Source of the DNA: Euzebyales bacterium
GTDB lineage: Bacteria > Actinomycetota > Nitriliruptoria > Euzebyales > JAHELV01
Direction of reading: 5' to 3'
Assembly (NCBI GenBank): GCA_035461305.1
Contig: DATHVN010000076.1
Coordinates: forward strand, 667-64,666
DNA length: 64,000 bases
Position numbers and translations under genes: made by a program
Notes under the pieces: model-generated
The model's input: only the letters and a program-made list of their open reading frames with translations
Told to the model about the DNA's origin: nothing
Databases searched by the model: none
In this document: positions 1 through 9,923 of the stretch, one piece after another
Position numbering within the stretch: the first letter of the stretch is position 1
Layout: every line of letters begins with the position of its first letter

Positions 1-2069
1 ACACCACCAACGGCGAGACGACCGAGCACATGCAGGCCGCGTACGGCGTCCTTGGCTTCACCCCCGAGATGTCGACCTGCCAGACCGTGTCCGCCGCGGA
101 CCCGAACGATGAGTGGGAGCCGGCGGCCTGCGCGAGCGTGTTCAACTTCCCCGACGACGAGGAGCTCGTCCAGGATGAGTTCGAAAAGAACATCCCCTTC
201 GCACTGGCCGTGGCGGAATCGGCCGAGGATCCCGCCGACCCGGTGTCGGTGGTCGGGCGGACCGCCGAGGACTTCCGTGTCGACCCCTTCGGCGTGTCCT
301 ACGGCGACCCGCAGACCGTGGCCGTCGTCGCCAGGCGCGACCTGGAGGACGTCCGGCTGCGCTACCGCATCAGCGGCGGTGCCGCGCGGTCGGTGCGGGT
401 CGAGGAGTGGCAAGGGGGTGAGCGCTACGGCGACGCCAACGACCGCTACTACGCCGAGTTCCGAGCCGACGTCAGTGGCGCTGGTGCCGGGGACCAGGTC
501 GAGGTGTGGTTCACCGGCGTCAAGCCGGGTGCCGGGCCGGTCGAGAGCGAGCGCTTCACCTACACGCTGGAGCAGAACACCGGCGCGGAGGTGTTGGTCG
601 TCGCCAATGAGGACTACACCGGCGTGAACCCCGACTACCCGGACGGCGTGACTGAGCCGAAGTACGACGAGGCGCATGTCGCCGCCGTCGAGGCAGCGGG
701 GTACGACGCCGACGTGTGGGACACCGACGCCCAGGGCGTCCCCCACGACCTCGGCGTGCTGTCCCACTACGATGCCGTGCTCTGGTACCAGGGCGACAAC
801 AGGGTCACGCAGGATCCTGAGGATCTCCTGACCAACACGCCGTTCGGGCAGCTGCCGGACCTGTCGGTGGCCGAGGAGCAGCAGTACCTGACGATGGCGG
901 TCCGCGACTACCTCAACGCAGGCGGCAAGCTGGTCCAAGCGGCGGAGACGGCGCAGTACGAGGGGTTCGTGGGCATCAGCGACGTCGTCGGTGGGCTCTA
1001 CTACGGCCTCGACGGGGCCCCGGAGGAGGAATGCGTCGTCGAGTCGGTCCCCGGCTTCTTTGAAGACTGCCTGATCCTTGCGGACGACTTCCGGCAGTAC
1101 TGGCAGGGCGGCTACACCCGGACCAGCACCGGCGACGCGCAGGGATTCCAGGGGATCGCCGAGCCGATCGACGGGTCGTCCGGCACCTTCGGTGGTCCCG
1201 CGGTGGCGGACAACCCGATCGACGAGGCAGGGGTGTTCGTCCCGACCAGCGACGTGCTGCCGCCGTCGGAGTTCCCGCAGTTCGCCAGCCAGGGTGCGGC
1301 CGAGTACGTGTCGGCCACTGGTGCCAGCCCGTTCGGACCGGTGGAGGGCGAGAACTACGCTGGCGCGCTGCACCAGGACGCGTCCTACATGCGCCTGGCC
1401 AGGACGATCGACGTGCCGAGCGGGGCGTCAGCACAGCTGCAGTTCCAGCTGTCCTACAGCGTGGAAACCGCGTACGACCACGTGATCGTCGAAGCGCACA
1501 CGGTCGGCCAGGACGACTGGACGACGCTGCCCGACCTGAACGCAGGCACGAGCACGGACCCGCCCGCCGAGTGCGTCGCAGGCGGGTTCCTACTGACCCT
1601 GCACCCGTTCCTCGGTAACTACCTCGGTGGCGCCGACTGCACGCAGCCCGGCCCGAACGGGGGGACCTGGAACTCCTTCACCGGTTCCAGCGGCGGCTGG
1701 CAGGAGGTCGCGGTCGACCTCTCGGCGTACGCCGGGAGTCAGGTCGAGGTGTCGATCTCGTACGTGACCGACCCTGCTGCCGCCGGGATCGGCGCGTTCG
1801 TCGACGACACCCAGGTGGTCGTGGATGGCCAGGTCGTGTCCGCGGACGGCTTCGAGGGCGCGACCAGCGAGTGGACCGTCGGCGGCCCGCCCGCCGGGAG
1901 CCCCGCGAACCAGGGCAACTGGCAGATCGGGCCACAGCTGCTGACCCTGTACGCCGGTACGTCCACGGAGGACACGCTGCTGCTCGGCTTCGGCCTCGAG
2001 CAGCTGTCGACCGACGCCGAACGCGCTGCGCTGGTGCAGTCCGCGCTCGACGGTCTGCTCACGCCGTGA
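1..2069 (+). CDS. Secreted zinc metallopeptidase, M14 carboxypeptidase-like; C-terminal ~680 codons, 5' end outside the window
   Basis: The frame of ORF 30..2069 stays open to the window edge (..TTNGETTEHMQAAYGVLGFTPEMS..). The G-x-FT-x-E segment resembles the catalytic-Glu region of M14 peptidases. Long acidic Asp/Gly/Val-rich extracellular-type tail; strong GC3 bias. Confidence 0.5.
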   Translation, partial: TTNGETTEHMQAAYGVLGFTPEMSTCQTVSAADPNDEWEPAACASVFNFPDDEELVQDEFEKNIPFALAVAESAEDPADPVSVVGRTAEDFRVDPFGVSYGDPQTVAVVARRDLEDVRLRYRISGGAARSVRVEEWQGGERYGDANDRYYAEFRADVSGAGAGDQVEVWFTGVKPGAGPVESERFTYTLEQNTGAEVLVVANEDYTGVNPDYPDGVTEPKYDEAHVAAVEAAGYDADVWDTDAQGVPHDLGVLSHYDAVLWYQGDNRVTQDPEDLLTNTPFGQLPDLSVAEEQQYLTMAVRDYLNAGGKLVQAAETAQYEGFVGISDVVGGLYYGLDGAPEEECVVESVPGFFEDCLILADDFRQYWQGGYTRTSTGDAQGFQGIAEPIDGSSGTFGGPAVADNPIDEAGVFVPTSDVLPPSEFPQFASQGAAEYVSATGASPFGPVEGENYAGALHQDASYMRLARTIDVPSGASAQLQFQLSYSVETAYDHVIVEAHTVGQDDWTTLPDLNAGTSTDPPAECVAGGFLLTLHPFLGNYLGGADCTQPGPNGGTWNSFTGSSGGWQEVAVDLSAYAGSQVEVSISYVTDPAAAGIGAFVDDTQVVVDGQVVSADGFEGATSEWTVGGPPAGSPANQGNWQIGPQLLTLYAGTSTEDTLLLGFGLEQLSTDAERAALVQSALDGLLTP

Positions 2070-2233
2070 CCCGGAAGCCGGTGGACCGGGGCGGGAATGC
2101 GTCCGCCCGGTCCGCCGGCCGTGCGCCCGCTGTCCGGGCGGAGCAGGCGCGGTCGATGAGCGTGCGGTCCGGACGCTCGCCAAGTACCGACCCTCGGGGG
2201 TACGGGCACCGTCGCACGACGCTGACACCCCGA

Positions 2234-3970
2234 TCAGGATGACCGCGTCCACTCCAGGAAGCGCTCGACGGGCCACGTGTTCGCGACCTGCTCGCGCGGC
2301 ACCCGGCCACGGCGGGCCAAACGCACGCCCCAGCGGTGGTTGTCGAGGTCACCCAGCCGGTGGGCGTCGCTCGAGATCACGACCAGGACACCGCGGTCCG
2401 CGGCCTCGCGCAGGATGTCGGCGGGCGCGTCGAGGCGGTCGAGATGGCAGTTGACCTCGAGCGCAGTGCCGGTCTCGACGCAGGCGTCGAGCACTGCGTC
2501 GACGTCCAGCGTGATCCCCGGTCGCCGCCCGATGCGCCGCCCGGTCAGGTGCCCGATGGCGTGCACCGCCGGGTTGCGGATGGCCGCGACCACCCTGGCG
2601 GTCTGTGTGGGCACGTCGAGGTCGAAGTGGGAGTGGACGCTGGCGACCGTCCAGTCGTAGCGGGCCACGAACGCCGGGTCGTAGTCGACCGACCCGTCGG
2701 CGCCGATGTTCAGTTCGGCACCGTGCAGCACCGCCAGCCCGTCATAGGCGCCACGCAGCGATCGGATCTCGTCGCGCTGGCGTCGCACCGCGTCGCGGTC
2801 CAGGCCGTTGATGCGCAGGTCCTCGGCGTGGTCGGTCACCGCGACGTACTCCCAGCCCCGCGCGACCGCAGCGTCCAGCAGCTGGCGCAGCGTCATCCTG
2901 CCGTCGCCCGACCAGTCGGTGTGGTCGTGCAGGTCGCCACGCAGCTCACCGACCGCCGCGCACCGCGCCAGGCGGCCCTCGCGGGCGAGCGCGATCTCGT
3001 CGGTGCCGTCGCGCTGCTCGGGCGGCACGGGCTGGAGGGCGAGCGCCCGGTAGACCGCATCCGCGTCCGGGCTGTCGATCACCTCCCCGTCCGGCGCGAT
3101 CAGGCTGTCGGGCGTCAGCCGCTGCGCTCGCGTGGCGGCACGGTCCGTGAGCTGGCGCCAGTGGTCAGCAGCGCAGGTCGCGTGGATCGACGCGGGTCCG
3201 AGCCGGCCGGGTGGCACGACGGTCAGCCGGACGCCCGGCCCCTCGAAGGTGCGCAGGGTGACCGCGGACCGCTCGTCGACCGCCGCGTCGCGCACCGCGG
3301 GCATGGCGGTGGCGGCCCGCAGCACCGTCGCGGGCAACGCAGCCGCAGCGACCAGGTCGATCGTGCCCACGGTGTCGGACAGTCGCCCCAGGTCGCCGGC
3401 CCACGATACCGACACCACGCCCTCCAGCCGGCGGACCATGCGGGTCAGACGCGCGGCATGCCCGACCGCGTCGACGATCGGCAACCTGTCCTCGACTGCG
3501 TCGAGGTCGAGGGCTAGGTCACGCAGTGCCTCCCGCAACCGCCGCTCGGTCGCCGGCCCGAGACCGCGGACCGTCCGCACGCGCTGCGCGTCGAGCGCAG
3601 CCCGCAGTCCGGCGACGTCGTGTACGTCCAACGCGTCGCGCAACCTGGCCACCGTGCGGGGACCGAGCCCGGGCACGCGCAGCAGCTCCTCCGCGCCGTA
3701 CGGGTCCAGCGCCCGGAGCTCGTCGAGCCGCGCGATCGTGCCGGTGCGGCGGAGCTCGTCGATGCGAGCGGCCGTGCCCGCTCCGACGCCGGGCAACGCC
3801 GTCAGCTCCTCGACGGTCATCCCCAGCACGGCCTCGTCGGTGCTGGCGACCGTGTCGGCCGCGCGCCGGTAGGCGTTCGCCCGGAAGCGGCGCGAGCGGT
3901 CGTCGAGCCGCTCGCTCAGGGCGCCCAGCTCGTAGAGCAGCCGTGCCACCCGATGGTTGTCGGTCGCCAT
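2234..3970 (-). CDS. polX: DNA polymerase/3'-5' exonuclease PolX (Pol-beta-like N-terminus plus C-terminal PHP domain)
   Basis: ORF 2234..3994; start placed at ATG 3970 (MATDNHRVARLLYELG..). HhH repeats (ELTALPGVGAGTAARI, LLRVPGLGPRTVARL) are followed by PHP motifs (LHDHTDWSGDG, VAVTDHAEDL, SVHSHF, ISSDAH). Confidence 0.85.
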   Translation of the reverse strand: MATDNHRVARLLYELGALSERLDDRSRRFRANAYRRAADTVASTDEAVLGMTVEELTALPGVGAGTAARIDELRRTGTIARLDELRALDPYGAEELLRVPGLGPRTVARLRDALDVHDVAGLRAALDAQRVRTVRGLGPATERRLREALRDLALDLDAVEDRLPIVDAVGHAARLTRMVRRLEGVVSVSWAGDLGRLSDTVGTIDLVAAAALPATVLRAATAMPAVRDAAVDERSAVTLRTFEGPGVRLTVVPPGRLGPASIHATCAADHWRQLTDRAATRAQRLTPDSLIAPDGEVIDSPDADAVYRALALQPVPPEQRDGTDEIALAREGRLARCAAVGELRGDLHDHTDWSGDGRMTLRQLLDAAVARGWEYVAVTDHAEDLRINGLDRDAVRRQRDEIRSLRGAYDGLAVLHGAELNIGADGSVDYDPAFVARYDWTVASVHSHFDLDVPTQTARVVAAIRNPAVHAIGHLTGRRIGRRPGITLDVDAVLDACVETGTALEVNCHLDRLDAPADILREAADRGVLVVISSDAHRLGDLDNHRWGVRLARRGRVPREQVANTWPVERFLEWTRSS

Positions 3971-4046
3971 GCCGCCAGCATGCCAGCGGCCCACGACACG
4001 AACGCCACCGCGGACCCGGAGTCGCCGCCGGCCGGCGACGCTACGC

Positions 4047-5432
4047 CTAGCCTCGGTCGATTGGGGCCCGCACGTCGGTCACGGCGGGTGCCGCGACGCC
4101 GGTCGGCGTGGCGAGGTCACCGCCCGATGTCGTGCCCAGCAGCGCGTCGCCGGTCGTGTAGGCGGTCTCGCCGTGCTCGGCCAGGTCCAGGCCGGTGTCC
4201 TCGGTGTCGGAGGCCACACGGACGCCCAGCGTGACAGCGAGCACCTTCACGATCGCGAAGGTGACCACGAACGAGTAGACGATCGTGACCGCGTTGGCCA
4301 GCACCTGCTCCACCAGCAGGTCCACGCCGCCGCCGAGCAGCAGCCCGCGGCCGAACTCTCCGCCGAAGAACTCCGGGTCGGCGAAGAGCCCGATCAGCAA
4401 TGAGCCGACGAGCCCGCCGACGAAGTGGACGCCGACGACATCGAGGCTGTCGTCGACCCCCGCCCTGAACTTGACGCCGACCGCGTAGCAGCAGGCGACA
4501 CCGGCGATCAGGCCGATGACGATCGGTGACATGCCGGCCACGAAGCCGGCACCCGGGGTGATCGCGACAAGACCCGCGACGATGCCCGAGGCGGTGCCCA
4601 GGTTCGTGAAGTGCCCGTCACGGACGCGCTCGACGACCGCCCATGCGAGGCCGGCGGCCGCGGCGGCCAGGAAGGTGTTCACGAACGCCTGGATCGCCAC
4701 ACCGTTCCCCGCGAACGCCGAACCCGCGTTGAAGCCGAACCAGCCGAACCACAGGATGCCCGCGCCCAGCATCACCAGCGGCATGCTGTGGGGCGGGTGG
4801 CCCTCGCGCGGCCATCCCCTTCGCCGGCCGAGCACCAGTGCGGCCGCGAGCGCCGCGATGCCCGCGTTGACGTGGATCACCGTGCCTCCGGCGAAGTCCA
4901 GCGATCCCCGGACGCCGAGCCACCCGGTGAGCCCGTCCCCCCAGACGCCGCCGTAGACCCAGAACGACACCGGGCAGTAGACCAGCAGCAGCCATGCCGG
5001 AACGAACGTCGCCCACGCCGAGAACTTCATGCGGTCGGCGACCGCCCCCGAGATCAGGGCGGGTGTGATCACCGCGAACATGCCGAGGAACGCGACTGCC
5101 GCGAGGGTCGTGCCGCCGTCCTGACCCGAGATGCCCATCCCGCGCAGGAACGCCCAGTCGAGGTTACCGATGAACGCGCCACTGCCGCTGTAGGCCAGCG
5201 AGAAGCCCACGATCGCCCACACGAGTGGGACGATCAGCAGGCACCAGAAGTTCATCATCATCATGTTCAGGACGTTGCGGCTGCGGTCCATCCCGCCGTA
5301 GAAGAGCGCGAGCCCCGGCGTCATGAACAGGACCAGCGCTGACGAGGCCAGGACCCATGCGACGTCACCTGCAGCCATGACCACCCTCCGGTCGTAGGCA
5401 CCGACGTTGGCGAACGCGTCGGCGGCGACCAT
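4047..5432 (-). CDS. amt: Ammonium transporter (Amt/MEP/Rh family)
   Basis: C-terminal 461 codons of the 767-aa ORF 4047..6350. Start at ATG 5432 (MVAADAF..) or ATG 5378 (MAAGDVAW..). Amt hallmarks: FMTPGLALFYGG, GAVADRMKF, DFAGGTVIHVNAG, FGFNAGSA, VVGVHFVGG. Confidence 0.9.
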   Translation of the reverse strand: MVAADAFANVGAYDRRVVMAAGDVAWVLASSALVLFMTPGLALFYGGMDRSRNVLNMMMMNFWCLLIVPLVWAIVGFSLAYSGSGAFIGNLDWAFLRGMGISGQDGGTTLAAVAFLGMFAVITPALISGAVADRMKFSAWATFVPAWLLLVYCPVSFWVYGGVWGDGLTGWLGVRGSLDFAGGTVIHVNAGIAALAAALVLGRRRGWPREGHPPHSMPLVMLGAGILWFGWFGFNAGSAFAGNGVAIQAFVNTFLAAAAAGLAWAVVERVRDGHFTNLGTASGIVAGLVAITPGAGFVAGMSPIVIGLIAGVACCYAVGVKFRAGVDDSLDVVGVHFVGGLVGSLLIGLFADPEFFGGEFGRGLLLGGGVDLLVEQVLANAVTIVYSFVVTFAIVKVLAVTLGVRVASDTEDTGLDLAEHGETAYTTGDALLGTTSGGDLATPTGVAAPAVTDVRAPIDRG

Positions 5433-5446
5433 AGGAGTCGGGTGTT

Positions 5447-5959
5447 TCAGCCATGTTTCGGGTCGATGGCGTTTCCGGTCGCCCACCTCGAGCGTCCCAA
5501 CGTGATCGCGTCCCTCCCCGTGTGCGTGGCAGCCGACCCCGGCCACCCGGCAACACCTGCCACACCCACCCCGCGTGGCAGCTGACGCCGGCCACCCGGC
5601 ACCACCTGCCACACCCAAGGGGACCGTCCGGCGCTGGCGGACGGCTCCACCCGCACAGGGCGCGTCAATGCGGCGTGACGGAGTCCGATGTGCTCGGCGA
5701 ACTGTGCGCCGGCGTCCTCCTGCAGGTTGTGCCCGGCCCTCTCGATCGTCACGTACCCCTTGCCCGGAGCGCCGGGGATCCGTGACTGGAACACGGTCTC
5801 TGCGCCGGCGGTGATCGGGTCGGAGTCGGAGAAGGCTGTCAGGAACGGCTTCGTCCACGCCTCGAGCACGCGCCACGGGCGGCGCTGGTCCCCCGATGCC
5901 GGGTCGACGGGACGGATGGGCACCAGCGCCGGGTAGATGCGCGTCGTTGCGTCGAGCAT
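5447..5959 (-). pseudogene. 5'-truncated fragment of a haloalkane-dehalogenase-type alpha/beta hydrolase
   Basis: Only the first ~95 codons (IYPALVP..WTKPFLTAFSDSDPITAG..IPGAPGKGYVTIERAGHNLQEDAGAQFAEHI) resemble the C-terminal third of HLD-I type hydrolases. An in-frame TGA lies a few codons upstream of the ATG. There is no nucleophile-elbow region, and the 3' tail reads through the 49-bp repeat. Confidence 0.5.
5524..5617. repeat. Direct tandem duplication, two 45-nt copies at 49-nt period
   Basis: gcgtggcagccgaccccggccacccggcaacacctgccacaccca (5524-5568) is repeated as gcgtggcagctgacgccggccacccggcaccacctgccacaccca (5573-5617), with 3 mismatches. It lies ~90-190 nt upstream of the amt start. 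Confidence 0.8.
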
Positions 5960-6157
5960 GTGGTGGGAGGCTGCGCCGGGTCAGCACGTGCTGCTCCTCT
6001 CGACGATCCGCCAGCAGGTCCGGATCGACGGGTGCCGTCACCCTGGCGCGACGGCCGCGGTCGCGTCGCCTCCGGTCGGCGTCGACCGCACGCTCGTGCC
6101 GCGACCGGTCGGCGTGCCAGATTGCGACAGTGGACGGACCACCGGTCCGCCGTGGGT

Positions 6158-8009
6158 TCAGGCGCCGAGCAGGTGGTTGAGGGCGGCAGGCACCTGCGTG
6201 TAGTTCGCAATCGGCGCGACCTCCCCGTGGCCGCCCGGCGCGAGCTCGCGGGCAAGCTGCTCGTCGTGCTCGCCGTCTGTCTCGAGCAGCACGTGGAGGC
6301 GCTCGAATCCCGGCGCGACGTCCCGCGGGTCGGGGTCCCGCGTTGTGCACCGCGTCGGACAGCAGATGCCGATGCGTGTGCGGGCGCGGGCGCGGCGCAG
6401 CTCGCGCAGGCCGCTCTCAAGACCGAACGCGACGTTGGTCAGCCCACGGGCTGGGATGCGCAGCAGGTCGCGCAGCACGACCTCTCCACCGCGATGCGTG
6501 TCGATGGGCTTGACCAGGGCCGCGTCCTTCCAGAACGCGACCACCCCGAGCTCGTCGTCGATGAGGTCACGGCCAGCGCCCCGATGGCGGCGGCGGCGAT
6601 GCGCGCCTTCTCCCCACGCATCGACCCGGACACGTCGCCGATCAGGGTGACTGCGCGCCGGGTCTGCATGCGCTCACGCACCAGGACGTCGGTGTCCTCG
6701 GGCACGGGACGCTCGGTCAGCACCTCCAGTGTGCGGTCCAGGTCGATGTCGTCGGAGCTGTACCGGTAAGGGGCCGTCATGATCCGGCCCTGCCCGGGTC
6801 TGGTGACGCGGTCGCGCGGCCGCCGGCGCACCGACAGGCGACCGGCGATCCGCTGGACCATCGCCGACACCACCGGGTCGATCGCGTGCCCTTCGATCAG
6901 GTCCTCGAGCTGCACCGTCTCACCGTGCTCGCCGGTCGGCGCGCCACGCGGGCTACCTACGGCGTCCGTCGGTCTCGCGGGCGTGGACGGACCGCGACCG
7001 TTGCCCATGAGCACCAGCCCGCCATCGGCTGTGGAGCGGTACAGGTCCGGCACCGCGTCGAGCTGCTTCGGCTTGCGCGTCAGGGGTCGGCGGGCCTGCC
7101 GTGTCGGGCGCTCGCCGGGCGGGAGCCGGTGTTGGATCGGGTTGTCGGCGTCGAGGGCGATGTGGCCGGGCGCGGCGCGCGCCGGGTGGAGCACGAAGTG
7201 GTCCTCCCAGATCTCGGTGATGATCTGTTCGGGTGTGGCCTCGGTGATCTCGTCGAGGTGACCCGACCCGACAACGCCAGCAGCGCCGCCTCCAGGATCA
7301 GATCAGCACGGACACGATCGTCCTCCGGTTCGCCACGCAACTCCAGCAACCGCTCCACCACGAGCACCAGATCGATCGCACCACGGACACTCGACCCCAA
7401 CCGCACCGCCGGATGCGACCGCGTCGCACGCGCCAACGCGACCGCATCATCGATCAACCGCCGATCCCCCGACGACGTCCGCAACGCGACGATGTCAGCC
7501 TCCTCCCCCGCATCCTGGTAGCCGATCGCCAGACGACACAACCGGTCATAGATGCTCGCCGAGATCCGCGTCGTCCCCACGTTGTCGAACGGGTTCATCG
7601 ACGCCACCAACCGGAAGCTGTCAGCCGCGGCGATCCGCCCCACCCGCGGCACCACCACCTCACGCTCGGCCATCGCCGTCAACAACGCGTCGAGCGTGTC
7701 CTCCGGCGCCCGGTTGAACTCCTCGATGTACAGGAACCCCCCATCACGCATCGCCGCGACCAACGGCCCCGCTACGAAGTTGTCCGCGCTGTAGTCCTCA
7801 CGCAGCACACGCGCCGGGTTGTGATGACCGATCAGCTTCGCAGGCGTCAGATCGGCGTTGCCCTCCACCATCACGAACGGGATCCCCCACGACGCCGTGA
7901 TCCCACGCAGGATCGTCGACTTCGACGTCCCCGGCGGCCCCTCCAGCAACAGATCACGACCCGCAGCCACCGCCGCCAGGATCAGATCCAACTCACCACC
8001 ACGACCCAC
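6158..8009 (-). pseudogene. MoxR-type AAA+ ATPase fused to a VWA domain through a Pro/Arg-rich linker; interrupted by two 1-nt frameshifts (or assembly errors)
   Basis: ORF pieces 7080..8009, 6439..7194 and 6158..6544 join into one protein if shifts at ~7260 and ~6570 are corrected (..LALSGRV|HLDEITEATPEQIITEIWEDHF.. and ..AAIGALA|GDLIDDELGVVAFWKDAA..). Walker A GPPGTSKS, Walker B FLYIEEFNRA, VASMNPFD; VWA MIDAS DVSGSM. Confidence 0.7.
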
Positions 8010-8124
8010 CAGACCGCGACCCGGCCGCGTCGGGACCGCAACGACCCGTTCTCGTCCATCCAGGCTCCGTTCGCAGGCGCCGTGCGGTGCGGCTGACGGT
8101 GGCCCGGCACCGCGTCGGCGACCC

Positions 8125-8958
8125 TCACCTCTGCGTGGACCCGGCGTCGACCGGCAGCGCGACGCCGGTCACGTACCGTGCCTCGTCGGATGCGAGCCAC
8201 AGCACCGCGTTGGAGATGTCCCGCGCCTCCACCCAGGGAATCGGGAGCATGTTCAGCGTCATGAACGCGTCCTTCGCGTCATCGAGCGTCGGATGCTCCA
8301 GGTCCGGCCGGAACAGCCCGTAGGTTGCCTCGTTGTGGATCATGTCCGTCGCAACCGCGGTCGGGTGCACGCTGTTCACACGGATCATGTGCGGCGCGAG
8401 CTCGTTGGCCAACGTCCGCATGAGACCAACGACGCCGTGCTTTGCAGCCGTGTAGTGGGCCGTGTTGGCGAGACCCATCAGACCGGCCGTGGAGCTCGTG
8501 AGGATGATCGAGCCACCGTTGCCGGCCTCGATCATCGCCGGCATGACCGCCCGGCACGTCTTCCACACGCCGGTGATGTTGACGGCCAGCATCTCCTCCC
8601 ACTGCTGTTCGGTGAGCTCGTGCGCCGGTCCGAACCCCGCGATCCCGGCGTTCGCGCTGACGATGTCCATGCGACCGAACTCGCTCACGCCCTCCTGAAC
8701 AACCGACTCCAGGGCGGCGAGGTCCCGCACGTCGGCCTTGCGGGCCATGATGCGCCGGTCGAGATCCTCGACCAGCTTCGCCGTCTCCGCCAGATCGTCC
8801 TCGGACGCCAGTGGGATCACCGACGTCTCGATGTCCTCGCACACGTCGAGCGCGATGATGTCGGCGCCCTCCTCGGCCAGCCGGACCGCATGGGAGCGGC
8901 CCTGCCCCCGTGCGGCACCGGTGATCAGTGCGACCTTGCCTTCGACTCGTCCTGCCAT
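8125..8958 (-). CDS. Short-chain dehydrogenase/reductase, mycofactocin-coupled SDR subfamily type (carveol-dehydrogenase-like)
   Basis: ATG 8958 is preceded by GAAGGAGG. GKVALITGAARGQGRSHAVRLAEEGADIIALDVC N-terminus; catalytic YTAAKHG; ..DISNAVLWLASDEARYVTGVALPVDAGS. Confidence 0.8.
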   Translation of the reverse strand: MAGRVEGKVALITGAARGQGRSHAVRLAEEGADIIALDVCEDIETSVIPLASEDDLAETAKLVEDLDRRIMARKADVRDLAALESVVQEGVSEFGRMDIVSANAGIAGFGPAHELTEQQWEEMLAVNITGVWKTCRAVMPAMIEAGNGGSIILTSSTAGLMGLANTAHYTAAKHGVVGLMRTLANELAPHMIRVNSVHPTAVATDMIHNEATYGLFRPDLEHPTLDDAKDAFMTLNMLPIPWVEARDISNAVLWLASDEARYVTGVALPVDAGSTQR

Positions 8959-8980
8959 TGCGCAGCCTCCTTCGCCGTGG

Positions 8981-9285
8981 TCATTTCTGGGTGAAGCCGG
9001 CATCGACGGGCAACGCGACACCCGTCACATAGCGGGTCTGGTCGGATGCCAGCCAGACGATCGTGTTCGAGATGTCGATGGCCTCGAGCATCTCGACCGG
9101 CAGCAGGTTCTCGATGTTCATCTCGGCGCCCTCGTGCTCCTCGAGCCACGCCTGCGTTGCCTCGTGACCACCATCGGCGTGTTCACCGCGGTCGGGTGCA
9201 CCGTGTTCACGCGGATGTGGTACGGCGCGAGCTCATGGGCCAGCGTTCACGCCAGACCGACCTTCCCTTCCAACAGCCCTGCCAT
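8981..9285 (-). pseudogene. Collapsed SDR paralog with an internal deletion
   Basis: Keeps the RBS, ATG and first 12 codons (MAGLLEGKVGLA). An in-frame TGA marks the junction to the SDR C-terminal third (TLAHELAPYHIRVNTVHPTAVNTPM..). A further frameshift precedes ..IVWLASDQTRYVTGVALPVDAGFTQK*. Confidence 0.65.
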
Positions 9286-9309
9286 GGCTTCGCTCCTTCG
9301 TCCGTGCGC

Positions 9310-9838
9310 TCAGGCGGCGTTGGTTGCGTTCTGGCCCGCGGCCACGGCGATCGACTCGCCGGTGATGTACCGGGCGCCCTTCCAGCACAGGAAGACCATG
9401 GCCGCGGAGATGTCCTCCGGCTCGACCCACGGGATGGGGATCGCGTTGAGCGACTGGAAGATCGGCGCCGCGTCCTCCTCCGTGGGGTTCTCGAGGTCGG
9501 GCAGAGAAGAGCCGGTAGGCGGCGTCGTTCTTGATCATCGCGGTGTTGACACCCGTCGGGCAGACGGCGTTGACCGTGATGCCGGAGGCGGCGACCCCCT
9601 GCGCGGTCGACTTGACCAGTCCGATGACGCCCCACTTGGAGGCGACGTAGTGGCCGACGTTGGCGAAGCCCATCTTCACGGCCATCGACGACACCGCGTA
9701 CGGCACTGACCCGAGCTGCGCGGCGACGTCACAGAACGCCACGTCGGCGCCCTCCCGCGCGAACGCGAGCGCATGCGATCGACCCTGACCCCTCGCACCC
9801 GCCGTGATGAAGACGGTCCTGCCGTCGAACTGTCCCAT
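9310..9838 (-). pseudogene. Collapsed SDR paralog with an internal deletion and a frameshift
   Basis: AGGAGG RBS and ATG 9838 (MGQFDGRTVFITAGARGQGRSHALAFAREGADVAFCDV..). About 100 central codons are missing before ..GHYVASKWGVIGL... A 1-nt shift near 9500 precedes ..IPIPWVEPEDISAAMVFLCWKGARYITGESIAVAAGQ..*. Confidence 0.65.
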
Positions 9839-9923
9839 TGCTGCCTCCTGCTGGTGTTCGCTGTCCTTCGTGGGCGTCGGCTGTGGTCGGGGATCGGTCA
9901 CCCTCCTCGGTCGTGGATGGTCA

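Noticed and set aside
2070-4046. glnK/PII gene downstream of amt
   Set aside because: The region is fully occupied by the polX gene on the same strand, and no ~112-aa PII-like ORF is present.
5433-6350. N-terminal ~305-codon extension of the 767-aa ORF containing amt
   Set aside because: The extension is Arg/Pro/Gly/Ala-rich low-complexity sequence typical of out-of-frame high-GC DNA. It overlaps the dehalogenase fragment and the VWA gene end. Amt homology begins only at about codon 307, where ATG starts exist.
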